NCBI RefSeq assembly: GCF_006345805.1
Contig: NC_043007.1
Span: 70,494,001 to 70,558,000 of the forward strand
Source: Octopus sinensis
Lineage: Eukaryota
Direction: 5' to 3'
Length of the DNA stretch: 64,000 bases
A program made the position numbers and the translations under genes. The notes under the pieces were generated by a model. It was given only the letters and a program-made list of their open reading frames with translations, was not told where the DNA came from and made no database searches. Shown here piece by piece: positions 1 to 12,650 of the stretch (positions are counted from its first letter, which is position 1; every line of letters starts with the position of its first letter).

Positions 1-49
1 ATGTCTTCTTATTTCATTGTGACGTCCTGTACCTATATATGCATATATA

Positions 50-230
50 TAGGAGCACTCCATCGGTTACAACGACGAGGGTCCCAGCTGATACGATCAA
101 TGGAACAGCTTGCTTGTGAAATTAATGCGTAAGTGACTGAGCAATCCACAGACACGTGTACCCCTAACGTAATTCTCAGGGAGATTCAGCGTGACACAAT
201 GTGTGACAAGGCCGGCTCTTTGAAATACAG
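50..230 (-). mobile_element. SINE-like interspersed repeat fragment
   Basis: GC-richer block (ggagcactccatcggttacaacgacgaggg...gacacgtgtacccctaacgt) set in AT-rich DNA. It resembles a SINE body I recall from octopus. Orientation is inferred. Confidence 0.45.
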
Positions 231-287
231 TATGTACATATATGTATGTATGTATGCCTATACATATATTTTATCCTTGTGATCGTT

Positions 288-630
288 GCCAGAGCAGCCA
301 GCTGGCTTCCGTACCCGTGACACATAAAAGGGCACCATTCGAGCGTGATCGTTACCAACGTCACTTCATTGGCACCTGTGTCGGTGGAATGTGTAAAAAG
401 ATTCGAGTGAGGTCATTGCCAGTACCGCCTGACTGGCCCCTGTGCAGGTGGCACGTAAAAAGCACCCACTACACTCTCGGAGTGGTTGGCGTTAGGAAGG
501 GCATCCAGCTGTAGAAATTCTGCCAGATCAAGACTGGAGCAGCCATCTGGTTGCCAGCCCTCAGTCAAAAGCGTCCGACCCATGCTAGCATGGAAAATGG
601 ACGTTAAACGATGATGATGATGATTATTAT
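288..630 (+). mobile_element. SINE with RTE-type 3' tail
   Basis: Ends in cccatgctagcatggaaaatggacgttaaac(gat)n. The same tail recurs at 2935-2980 and, reversed, at 10598-10640. Confidence 0.75.
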
Positions 631-1549
631 GACTGAATGCCACGCATCCATTTCCAAGTAAGTTTATCTTAATTTTGATGCAACTCTTCTGTACTGTTCT
701 CTCTCTCTCCCCGCTTTTGTTTTTCTATCTCTTCCTTTCTCTAATTCTTTTTTTCTCCCCTTCACCCTTTTCTATCTGTCCCCCTCTCTCCCTCTTCCTC
801 CTTTACTCTCTTGTTGCTCACACGTGACCATCATTCATGTTCATTTTTCTTTTCTTTTCTTTCAGTCCATTGCATAGACCAGACATATCCTTGTCTGTCT
901 CCTCTCCTATCTTTTCTCTGGTCAAAGAATGTTCCTCAGCATTCACCACCTTACCCTGTCTGGCTTAGCAGCCCTCATTGTTTGTTTCACTGACCTGTTT
1001 TTGTTACCAACTTTGACCCTCTGCAAAACTTTTATTTTGGTTTGCAGGAGCAACTGTTTTCTCGAAGGCACATATTGTCGTGAATTGCTCAAAATGTGAA
1101 GTAAATAAACAGCCAACAACTGATGAATGGTCGTTCTTTATGTTATTTGTCTTGTTTTCCATTTGTTTCTCTCGTTTGCAAAACAAAAGTTTGTCTTTGT
1201 ATTTCATATTTTTTTTTGTAATTGGGATTTCATGTTGTTTACGTTTTGTGACCATATATGGTTCTGTAATCATATATGCACATATATATACTACTCCAGA
1301 CTGATGATGAGCAATGACTCTGAAACTAGTCTCTGGGTGCTGGCTTTGCTGGATGGAGGTGCTTGTCTCCACTTTGAAAACAAAAGGACACAAGAAATGT
1401 GTCAAGCCCTCCAGGAAACAGCGTTTCCTAGGGTTAAATAGCAGTAGCATTCTTCCCTTTCATGGGTTGTCACATTAAGTTGACAACATACTACCACTTT
1501 ATCATGCTGCTACTGCATAAATCTCTCAGAGATTTAGAAATGTATTATT

Positions 1550-1765
1550 TCTATATTTTGTTGTGTCTGGGGAGAGTCATTCTCTTTTAGTGCACTATAA
1601 TGTAACACACTCACCGGTAAAATTTCCACTTATTTCTTATTTTTATTTTCTAAAATTTTCGTTTTTTTGCGTCTTGCAACCTTTTCAATAGTTTTGACTC
1701 TCAAGACTATTGAAAAGGTTGCAAGGCACTAAAAGAGATTGACTCTCTCCAGACAACAGAATATG
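1550..1765. mobile_element. Palindromic (fold-back) MITE-like element
   Basis: Central hairpin of 1673-1697 against 1701-1725 (24/25 bp, 3-nt loop). Outer arms gtctggggagagtcattctcttttagtgc and gcactaaaagagattgactctctccagac also pair. The right arm has an internal deletion. Confidence 0.7.
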
Positions 1766-2537
1766 CTTCAACACACGAACTCGTATAAAGAATCTTGCAA
1801 ACCAAATCCCAAAACGAAATATTATTTCTATAGTTTCACAGAATCATTACAGCCTTGTAGTATTCTGAGTTCAAATTGTGCCGTGGTCAACTTCGCCTCT
1901 CATCAACCCAGGGTCAAGAGAATAAAATACTAGTCAAGAGCAGTGGATTTGGCAGAATCATAACAGAATTGAAGAAAATACCTCAAAATATCTCTTTCTG
2001 TCCCTTCTGTTCTGAGTTCAACAACAACACTGATGCCAAAGTGTATTGCTCATTACCATTCTCTTGGACAACATCAGTGACATAGAATAGGTCCCTAGAC
2101 GGATATTATTTGTTCTTCTAGGGACGCATGCCCTGCACAAGAACTTTCCACTTTGAGATACGCAGTTGATTCTGACTGACAAAGGCTTTCAATACATACC
2201 AAACAGGTTCTGGTGGTATACACTTAGGTTAAGCAGGATTTATACATTGTGTAAATTGTCAACAGGCCTTATTTTTATGATACAATAATGTAAAAATATT
2301 TCAACAGAAAATATTTACTTACAAACACACACACATATACAGTTCTATAGACAGGAGTTGGATGGGTTATTCGCTAAACCTGTGTTTCATAAACTTAGAT
2401 ATACAAGATAGATTTCACATTTAGTTTTTATACATTTGTATTTATACAATCACATATACATACACATGTTCACACATATACACATACATACACACCAATA
2501 TAGTTAGTCTGGCTCGGTAATGTCTGCTTTGCCTACA

Positions 2538-2893
2538 CAGACCCCACATGCATATCAGAGGCCATCTTTGGTCACGAATGACCATGGGATTGCACCTAGA
2601 AAGTTACACTCGAAGGCACAAGTCTGGGCAAGGTCGTTTATGGAAGACCAGCAGTTGCCCATGCATACCAGCCTCGCTTCTCCACACCACCAATGTTATC
2701 CAAGAGAAAGGCAAATGCCAATACAGCTTGGCACCAGTGACGTCGCAACTCATTTCTACAGCTGAGTAAATTGGAGCAACATGAAATAAAGTATCTTGCT
2801 CAAGAACACAATATGCAGCCCAGTCCGGGATTTGAACTCATAACCTCACGGTCATAAGTTCAACGCTCTAACCACTGAGCTACACGCCTTCAC
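2538..2893 (-). mobile_element. tRNA-derived SINE (same family as 25802-26141)
   Basis: Reverse complement starts gtgaaggcgtgtagctcagtggttagagc...gagttcaaatcccgg (Pol III A and B boxes). The body aligns by eye with the copy at 25.8 kb. Confidence 0.85.
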
Positions 2894-2899
2894 ACATGC

Positions 2900-2937
<38 letters not shown>

Positions 2938-2976
2938 CATGCTAGCATGGAAAACGGACATTAAACGATGATGATG

Positions 2977-3017
<41 letters not shown>

Positions 3018-3984
3018 TATTCATTACACACACAGGCCCACAGATATTTAAGAGAAGTAGTTATTTTAATTACAAATTGAAGTAAATTTTGATAATCCAA
3101 AAGAAAATAAGATTTGTAAATTGTAATTATAACAGGTTTAAAATCAACTGTTTCTTGTATGATTCGATGGTCATAGAACTGCACTAGGCTCCAATGTCCT
3201 GCTTTGGTATGGTTTCTACAGCTTGGATGCCCTTCTTAATGCCAACCAAAGTTTACTGGGTACTTTGTGCATGGCACCAGCACGAGTTAGGACAGCCTTG
3301 AAACTTACAAGGCTAGTGACCCCTATAACTGAGGTAGAACAGAAAAGGAAGCGAGTGATGACTCTAGGCAGAAGAATGAGAGAAAGAGATGGAGGGGAGT
3401 GACTATAGTAGGGATCAGAGCTGAAGGGAAGGGGATTAGTGACAGGGATTATTGAAAAAAAAAAAGGGTGATAGAGTGGATAGTGTAAAGAGGTGTGTCT
3501 AGAGCTGTCCACTACTAAATGGGGTGAATACGGAAAGGTGTAATGGAAAGAGTACAGGAAGAGAGCAATAAACTAGGGTGGAGAGGGATCCAGACAGAAT
3601 CATTCAAAGAAAGATGGGTATGAGGGGTAGGTCAGAGGGAGGGGGAAGGTAAGAAGGGATTTTGAGGAGGCAGAGAAGCAATGAAAGAAAAGGAGGTGAG
3701 TGAAAGGAAGAGCAGATGATGAGGAGTTAAGAGAGGGTTATGGAGAAATAGTGGTTGGGTGAAGCAAGAGAAAGAAAGGTTAGAGGGCATCCCAGAGGTA
3801 TAAGGGCAGCTTAGTAGATTAAAAGTAAGAGGTAACCCAAGAGAGAATGTGCTGTGAGTAATGAAGAGATGGGAGTCACAGAGGTAGAGAGAAATGTCAA
3901 TTGATGGGGTGGCAAGGTTTGGTGAAAAGCAGTGTGTGAATATATTTTACAGCCTCTTAATCATAACTTGTGTTAATGAGCATT

Positions 3985-4655
3985 TAACCAGGAATGGACA
4001 GGTCTTCTGTAACACCACGTCAACAGACAGTACACTCATGTTTCATCTCCTTGAGATACTGCATGTTCAGATCAGCCTTCACAACTTATACCAAGCCTTC
4101 TTGGTTTCCCTCTTCCAAAGGTTCCACTAACATGGAAAAACCCACCTCCTTACATAGCAATCATCCTCCATAAACATCACATACCTGTATTAGTATAGTC
4201 TTCTATCTAGTACACTACACCTGATTTCTCGTAGGCCCTCATTTGTACTTAGGTGTTCATGCATGCTAATACTCTGCCATTGGAACATGCTGGCTTCATT
4301 CATTTCTGGTCTTTGACTCATATTTCACTGCCATGCAGAATCGCAGTCCTAACACAAGTGTCATACAATCTGAGGAAGAAGACCTTTGGTGACTATACTT
4401 TCTGAGTAACCACCTCCCCCTGCAAATTATGTCTCCAAGATAGAAGTTTTTGGCTACTTCTAGTGAGCCATTCCAAGCATTTAAAGGAACCTCCTCCAGT
4501 GCACCTATCACACATGAAGCTTATATTCTAACTCTGCCTATGATTCCACTACATCCCTCGTGTCCAAACTTACACTGAGTACAACATATAGAGTTTATGC
4601 CTACACCTTTTCTGCAGATTGCACATGGCCATTTTCCTGATTACACCAAAGTCCT
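3985..4655 (-). pseudogene. RTE-clade LINE, decayed 3' portion (Cys-rich segment plus post-RT region)
   Basis: Minus-strand translation gives SGKWPCAICRKGVGINSICCTQCK, LEVAKNFYLGD and, after a frameshift, DCMT/DTCVRTAILHGSE. These are RTE post-RT motifs with stops and frameshifts. Confidence 0.7.
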
Positions 4656-5565
4656 GTCTTCTTTCCTATTTACTGAAACCTTAGTCTTCACTAAATTTAC
4701 ATTCCAGTCTTTCAATTGTATGGCTGATTTATAAAACCCTATTAAACCTGACACCAAAAAACGACTGCAGAAAATATTCACCACATTATCTAAATGATAT
4801 CTTACATTAAAAAAAAATAAATAATATTTATTTGCATGGCGCCAGAAAACAAACTGCAAAAGAGGTACAGCATCGGGACTGACGGAAACACATTTTCTAA
4901 ATATTTAAATTACTCAAATGGTTTTTATTTTGACGGAATATAAATCCCATTTTTTGAACAAGCTTATTCAATCTGCTTGTGTAGCTAAAATGCATTACAG
5001 TGATGGCAGAAAGATGGAGAGGAAAACGATTCATCCCTACATAGTTTGGCCGAAACTAAATTATGTTACTCTGATGCTTCTAACGACTGGTAACCCTGCT
5101 GTATCTATTTTAGAAGTAACCTGAACAGCATGTTAAGCAGGAGGAGGTACAGCACTCCTTTATTACATAAATGAGAGAAGGATAGTCATTTCTTTGTCCT
5201 GACTCTCATGATATATATTTATTTATTTATATTATTGTATACACAGTAAACGAATTAAACGAGTAAATATTAACATATTCTTAAGATATATTCCAGCAAC
5301 CATTCCACACGTCTCTAACCTCTAATCTCGCCAATATGTATTAGTAATAGTTGTTGCGAGGAACTCATCAAGTCTTGAGATATGCAGTGATAGAAGTGTG
5401 AAGAACCAAGCACGTGTGCAAGTATGTCAATGTCTAAATGTGTGAGAGAGAGAGAGAGACATGTAATTGAGTAGGGCCAGGTGGTGGGAAAGAAGGGAGT
5501 TGGTTGTCTTAAACATGAAACAAGCTTTTGTATTTTATCTTTATCGACAAACTGATAACAGTATC

Positions 5566-5599
<34 letters not shown>

Positions 5600-6172
5600 T
5601 GTATGCACATATATATAGTAACGTAGCAACAGTAGAATGTGACTAATTCACAAATAACAATAATGACTGGATTTCAACTGCGTATGAAATTAAAACTAAA
5701 TCATTAGAATACGTTCAAAAGACCCAAACAGTATTTATTATTAAAAAAACGACAGAATATAAATTCTTTGAGTGTTTTTAGATGTTTAAACAACCAGAAT
5801 CAGAAGAAAGCTTATAAAATTACACGCACAGACACGCGTGTATGTGTGTCTGTGTGCTAACGTGTAAATGTGAACGAAGTGGAATAGAGATTGATAAAGA
5901 TGGGGGGGGTCTTTTTTGGGGTTTTTTTTTTAAGAAATTGATTTGGATTCGTCAATACAAATTCTTCAGTAAAGTGAAGTAATAAAATGAAGATCTCAAC
6001 GCCCTTGGGAGAAGAATCAAGGTGAGGCATGAAATAGTTAGGATATGATGATCATTGCCAGAAATGTGCACTCCTTTATACAGTCACAGACAGACATAAA
6101 TATATTTTAAGTAATTTATTTATTTATTAGTTGGATTCATGGCAAGATAATAATAATAATCCTTTCTATTTT

Positions 6173-6211
<39 letters not shown>

Positions 6212-7191
6212 GTTGAGGCTAAAGAGATTATAAACTAAATCGATTAATATCCCCCGCTGCTCTAAAATCTCCACTGACCTCGACTATATTATCATTAAAT
6301 CTGTTGTTCTGGCTTCTTTTGTGTCATTTTGTAATTTTTTTTCCTTTTGTTGTTGAACGTAAACTACTTTTAAATTAAAATTATTGACAGCAAACACAAT
6401 GTTTTGATACGAAAGAGATATTCAACTGTTTTCTTCTTCGTCTTGGTCAATTTTAATGGTACATACACTGTCTTTAAAAAAGTTGTTCAACTTGAATTGA
6501 AAATAAAATCCGGTTTCAAATGGTCTAACACACACACGCACATATGTATATATATATATATTATAAACTCAAACATATATATGCGTATATATATTATATA
6601 CTCAAACATACACATGCGTATATATATATATATATATACACATTTATACAAACGCTTAATGCATCCAGATATATTCAGTTTTAAAAGCTGCACACATAGA
6701 CGTGTGTGTATGTGAGGGTAAGTGTTTTGTGTGTGCGCGCGCAACACTTAGAGAAGTAAAAAAAAAACGGTCAAGTGAAATATATCAGAGACAGAAATTT
6801 ATCCAGAACGAATGAATTAAAGGTTTAAGATAAGACAATATTTTAGTCAATGGATCTAAAATCAAATGCGTCACTTTCAGTTTGCAAGTCTGTCTTTAGT
6901 GGTGGGCATCATCAGTAATAAATAATAATAGTAATAATAATAATTGTGTGGAAGATAAAAGAGTTGTCCAAATAAAGAAATCAAGCAGGAAGGAGGACTA
7001 AATATGTAAGTATGTTATATATCTCTGGTTGTGTGTGATGAGAAAAGAACCAACCATTAAATAATGGAATGTCATTAATTAGTTTTAAATAAAACAGAAA
7101 TTGAAATATTTTAACATTTTTTTAGTGGATTGAAAGGAAATGAAAGAGAGGAGAAATAAAACGATGAAAAAAAAAATATGGTTTTCTTTAC

Positions 7192-7340
7192 CATTTTGAT
7201 AGCGTTGAAGAGTTTGAAGCTTCTCTGCAAGTCTGGTTGTTTAACAGCTGGGGAAGAGACGGAGGCCGAGAGCTAAATTAACAACAACAACCGGCACCGC
7301 TTTACAATAACACCACCAGCAACGACGACACACGAGTGAA
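7192..7340 (-). other. Candidate first exon ending in ATG followed by a splice donor
   Basis: Minus strand reads ...aacgctatcaaaATG|gtaaag. ATG is at 7194-7192 with an A-rich Kozak context. A GC-richer 5'UTR-like segment and a long CT-rich tract lie upstream. The 5' boundary is unknown. Confidence 0.3.
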
Positions 7341-7490
7341 GAGACGGGGGAGGTGAGAGATAGACAGAGGGTGAAGGGGAGAGAGAAAAAGAGAATGTAA
7401 GAAGTAAAGATGGATAGAGAGAGAGAAAACGAGGGAGGAGGAGGTGAACGATACCGCAAGTGGAAGTGAAAGAGAGGGAGAGGATAAAGA

Positions 7491-7835
7491 ATAATAGAAA
7501 GATGCAGAGGAAAAGAACGATACAGTAAGAGTAATGAGAGAGGGAAAGAGAGATAAAAAATAATAGAAAGATGGGGAGGAAAAGAACGATACAGTAAGAG
7601 TAATGAGAGAGGGAAAGAGAGATAAAAAATAATAGAAAGATGGGGAGGAAAAGAACGATACAGTAAGAGTAATGAGAGAGGGAAAGAGAGATAAAAAATA
7701 ATAGAAAGATGGGGAGGAAAAGAACGATACAGTAAGAGTAATGAGGAAGGGAAAGAGAGATAAAGAATAATAGAAAGATGCGAAGAAAAAGAACGATAGT
7801 TAGAGTAATGAGGGAGGGAAAAGAGATAAAGAACA
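7491..7835. repeat. 69-bp purine-rich minisatellite, about 5 copies
   Basis: Unit ataatagaaagatggggaggaaaagaacgatacagtaagagtaatgagagagggaaagagagataaaaa recurs at 7491, 7560, 7629, 7698 and 7767. The inner copies are identical and the outer ones diverged. Confidence 0.95.
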
Positions 7836-8400
7836 ATAGAGAGAGAAAGAGACGAAGAGAAAGCTAGAAAAGAATAGACAGAAAAGGGGGAAGGAAAAAA
7901 ACGATGCAGTAAAAGTAGTGAGTGAGACAGAGGAGGAAAATGATGCAGTAAAAGTAGTGAGGGAGACAGACAGAGGGTGAGGAGGAAAATGATCTAGTAA
8001 AATTTATTGAAAGAGGAAAAGAGGGAGAGAAAGCTAGAGAATGATAGAAAAAGGGGGAATATAGAAAACGATAGAGCAAAGATAACTGAGAGGGAGTGAG
8101 AGAGAGAATAAAATAGAAAATAATACAGAAAGTGCGATAGGTCAAGAGGAGAGTGAGAGAAGAAAAAAAATAAGAAAGGAAGGTGTAAGGATAAATAAAA
8201 GTATGAAAACGATAGAGGAAGAAAGGGAAAGAGCTAGAGGAAGTTAATGAAGGGGAGAAACGCAAGAAAGGAAGAGACAATGAGAAAGAAGGAATATGAC
8301 TAGAAGGAAGTGTGAGTAGAGGTCAGAGAGATTAAGAAAGAAAGAAAGAAGAATAGAAAGCGAGAGTAAAAAGAGGATGATAGAGATAGAGTGAGAAAAT

Positions 8401-8512
8401 GAGAAAAAAAATTCGAAAATGGGGAGGGGGATAGAGAGAGAAAAAAAATTCGAAAATGGGGAGGGGGATAGAGAGAGAAAAAAAATTCGAAAATGAAGGA
8501 GGGATAGAGAGA
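8401..8512. repeat. 37-bp tandem repeat, about 3 copies
   Basis: ttcgaaaatg recurs at 8412, 8449 and 8486. Confidence 0.85.
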
Positions 8513-8871
8513 GCGAGAGAGAGAGAAAGTAAAATCAGATGATGCTCATAGAAGAAGTTATTCTTCCGCAACAAGAAAATAATTCTCCACTGAAATCACT
8601 ATTTTCTCTCTCGTATATTTGTATAATATCGATCTAAGAACATCATTTAACACGTTAGAAATCAAACTCAGTTTCGGAGAATATTTTATGTGTATTCTAC
8701 GTGTGTACATGACGACGCGCGAATGGCGCGTATGCCTATAGTCTCTTCAGATTCTTATATGCACTCAAATGTCATTATATCAATATTTAATTGTCATATT
8801 TTATTTGTATATCCGTCCATGTCTGTTACTTTGAATACGGAGTGCACATAATTGATGCATATAATATACAA

Positions 8872-8946
<75 letters not shown>

Positions 8947-10597
8947 AACGTATTATACGAATGTAGATGTGAGTGTATGTGTGTGCGTGTGCTGATGTAT
9001 GTATGCGTGTGTCTGCGTATGCGAATGTGCTAGCGTGCGCGTATGTGTGTGTTTCTGTACGAAGCTGTATGTGTGAGTAGATGGAGGAGGAGATGTCAGT
9101 CATCATTTTGGCAATGCGTTCTTCTCTTCTCTTCAGTATATTCTCACCATTACACAGTAGCGTTGGAATGACTCAGACGCAGCCTTACCAAATTTGGTGA
9201 ATTTTCGTCAACATGTAGTGAGAAAGGCTTATTCCTCGTTATTTAGTTGAATAAAGAAAGAACGCCTATCTTCAGGGTAGCTGGGTCACATACCAAGGCT
9301 GTTTAAGGGTCTTTTCCCTGATAATCTTCAGACTTCCCGACTTAAAAAATGGGGTCTTAGATGTATAAAGTGGAATGTGTAAACGCCACTGTATTTATTG
9401 TCTTCAATTAGTTCGCTACTTTTTACTACAGAACCTTTTTCGCTATTGAACCTCTGACTTTTTTTAATTGATCTTTCCCATTAAGAAATCAACTGTAATT
9501 CTATTCACAACTATGGTGCATTATAACAAAATATATGTTACGATAAAGTACTTCTCTGGACGCGTGAACAGGGTAGCGATTTGGTCAATGTTTATTTTTA
9601 ACAAAATATGTGATGTCACTACTAAGAACGACAAAACAATCGATTCCTAGGTGTATGAGACTGCGAAATACACCTGGTGTGAGTGCGTGCGTGTGTGGTG
9701 TATACATGTATGTATGAAGGCATGTACACAATATGTATATGTGTGTGTGTGTGTAGTTTGATGTTCGAGAAAGTTTTACGTTTCGAGCCTACGCTCTGCA
9801 ACAGAAAGGAATGTGAGGAAATAAACAGAGAGAGAGAAAGAAAAACTTTGGGATTTAGCGATCAGTCATGGCGACTGGTTGGGAAAAATAGTTTGACAAG
9901 CGTGAGCCGTCTCCCTGACCATACGTCAGCCTTCTCCCTGAGAAGATGCACTCATATAACTAACTGTCAGTAGAATGAGTATATTATCCGAATTTTATTA
10001 AGTATCCATCACGGATTGTCTTGCCAATCGGTTTTGCGTAAAGAATACAATGGAGTGTTAGGTAACAATCCAATTCTATAACTCTGCGCTCATCAGAGGT
10101 AGCCAATATGGAAGGGAATATGGTGGACATATATTATCCCATCAGATAATATATATATATATATATTATCCCATCAGATAATATATATATATATATACGA
10201 TTGATAAAAATTTATTAATACATTGATAAGACCTACAATTGCTTCACTTCATCGCTTTATAGAGTAAAATTAATCAAATTTAATTTAATTAAATAATTTG
10301 GATAATTATCATAAGCCAGAATAGCATCAGAGAAGAACGTACAAAGAAATTTATATAAATCATATTGAAAACATAACGATGACATTAAATAATCAAACAG
10401 GAAAAATACAGTGTTACCATTAAAACTGTTTTTTATAATAATAATATGCGTGTGTGCCTATATTATAAGGTATTTTTATCCCTCTTAGGTTTATACATCC
10501 TCACTTGTACTTTAATCTATCTATCTATCTATCTATATCTATCTATCTATCTATCTATCTATCCATCTATGTATCTATCTATCCATCCATCTATATA

Positions 10598-10745
10598 TCA
10601 TCATCATCATCATTTAGCGTCCGTTCTCCATGCTAGCATGGGTTGGACGGTTCAACTGGGGTCTGTGAAGCTGGAAGACTTCATCAGGCCCAGTCAGATC
10701 TGGCAGTGTTTCTACGGCTGGATGCCCTTCCTAACGCCAGTGGGG
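10598..10745 (-). mobile_element. RTE-tailed SINE, 3' part
   Basis: (cat)n-ttagcgtccgttctccatgctagcatggg...ctacggctggatgcccttcctaacgcca is the reverse complement of the 288-630 family 3' end. Confidence 0.75.
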
Positions 10746-11544
10746 TGACATCATTTGAAGGCTAAAACAATGCGATTTGCATTGTGACCAGCGATGTGTA
10801 GCAACATCTGATAGCCTGGTCAGTCACGGTGATATATATATATATACTTGGAAATGAATGCGCCACATTCATATAATATAATATATATCTATATATATAT
10901 ATACATGCATATATAGCTACAGGACGTCACCAACAGTACAAATAACATGAAATGCATAAACAAATGAGGGAAAAACGAGTGGAATACGTAAACAACAAGG
11001 AAAAAAAAGGAAAACCGGGCAAGTTAACACTGAGAAAGGACCCGTCATCAGTTGTCGGCTGTCTATCTACTCCTCATTTCGAGCATTCGACAATATGAGT
11101 CTTCAAAGACGGTTGCTCCCATAAATTCTAAAATAAAATTTAGGATTTATGGAGGGACAAAGATGAGAATTAAAAAATGACAGTGGAGACATACAAGGAA
11201 ACCAAATGAAAACAAACATGGAGGGTCGTTGGACCAGAATGAGAGGAAAATAGTAAATGCTGGGAGAAACGTTTTTTTTTTTCTTGAAAAGAAAATAGAT
11301 GGAAGAGAGAGAGAAAAACATGCACACATACACTTTGGAAACATGAGAGTTGGGGACAGAGAGGGTATCTAGCCATAGAACATCTGCTTCAACACATTCT
11401 ATATGACCCATGCAAATGGATATTAGAATGATGATGATGATGAAAATAGCAGATGTATTAGTGTTTGAACATAGAGTCTCAATGCCTTCTGTCACTGTAT
11501 ATTACGTGTAAGTCTATCTATAGGAGTTAACCACAAGTACAGCT

Positions 11545-12650
11545 AAGACCTCTGTAGTCAGCTAGCCAGCTGGGTGACAAAGTTTAATGTTTCACATTCT
11601 GCTGAACATGATCTGTTACTAATTTTAAGAAAATACCACCCATTCATTCATTCCTAAAGACCCCAGAACATTACTTGGCACACAAAAGAAGTATAAAATT
11701 CCTGAAATAAATGGATGGTCATACCACCATTTTGGTTTAGCAGCATCACTCAAATTCTTTTGGAGTTGTACCAAACTCATGTAGATGATATAAACATGCT
11801 AATGATACAAATTAATATTGATGGACTACCCCTGTTTAAAAGTTCAAATACTCAATTTTGGCCTATTTTAGGAAGACTTGTGGAACCCTTTTGGGGTGGG
11901 GGGAATCTTTCATAATTGGTTTTTATTTAGGAAATCAAAAGCCAGGTGATGCCAGTTTCTTTTACATCATTTAGTGTTGGAATTAAGAGAGGTTGAAGAG
12001 AATTTATTTGCATGTTCCTGAGGCTGACAAACATTTCCAGTTTTCGGTATCTTGTGTTATTTATGATACTCCAGCCCAGGCATTTGTTAAACAGTTCAAA
12101 GGTCATAGTTCATAGTGGCTATCATGGTTGTGAAAAGTGTACTCAAAGAGGTGTATATAACAGCAGAATGTCAAATTCCAGAGATGAAAAATCCTTTGAT
12201 GTTCAGTTTGCTTAGATGTCAGATAGAAATCATCATTTAGGCCTCCCTCCTCTCAGAAAAAACATCATTAGGTTTGGTTACTCAATTCCCTCTTGATTAT
12301 ATTCATTTGATGTGTTCAGGTGTTATCAGACGCCTTATTTTGCTTTGGTTGCAAGGTCCAGTCAAAAATTCTTGCAGAATAGGTGCTAATTCAGTAAAGC
12401 AAGTAACTGAGGGATTACTTAAGAAAATATATTCTATGTGAGTTCTTGAGGAAAAAGAGGTTTTCGAATGAAATAGACAAGTGGAAGGTAACTGAATTGA
12501 GACAATTTTTGCTTTACACTTTTCTGGTTGTTCTTTGAACTTGTCTTCCCAGTTCAAGATATCATCATTTTATGCTTTTATTTGTTGGAATATATTGCCT
12601 GTCCAGCTCATTTTTCTGCATGTCTCATTGTGATTATACAGGTTTATTAG
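11545..12650 (+). pseudogene. EnSpm/CACTA-type transposase pseudogene
   Basis: Fragmented frames give LASWVTKFNVSHSAEHDLLLILRKYHP, PKDPRTLLGT, YHHFGL, INIDGLPLFKSSNTQFWPILG, HSGYHGCEKCTQRG, FPLDYIHLMCSGVIRRLILLW, KWKVTELRQFLLYT and HFMLLFVGIYCL. This is the motif order of animal EnSpm transposases, with several frameshifts. Confidence 0.85.

Noticed and set aside
3330-3900. Purine-strand-biased tract as a distinct element
   Set aside because: Low-complexity GA-rich DNA with no periodicity or termini that I could define.
5320-5435. Minus-strand exon as partner of the ATG exon at 7192
   Set aside because: The phase-0 frame required after ATG contains a stop, and the donor is weak.
7491-7835. 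Regular repeat array as CRISPR-like
   Set aside because: Units are contiguous with no unique spacers, the context is eukaryotic and there are no cas genes.
7273-7836. 187-aa hydrophobic ORF with 23-aa repeats (possible membrane protein)
   Set aside because: It is the translation of the CT-rich strand of the 69-bp minisatellite, with no splice or domain evidence.
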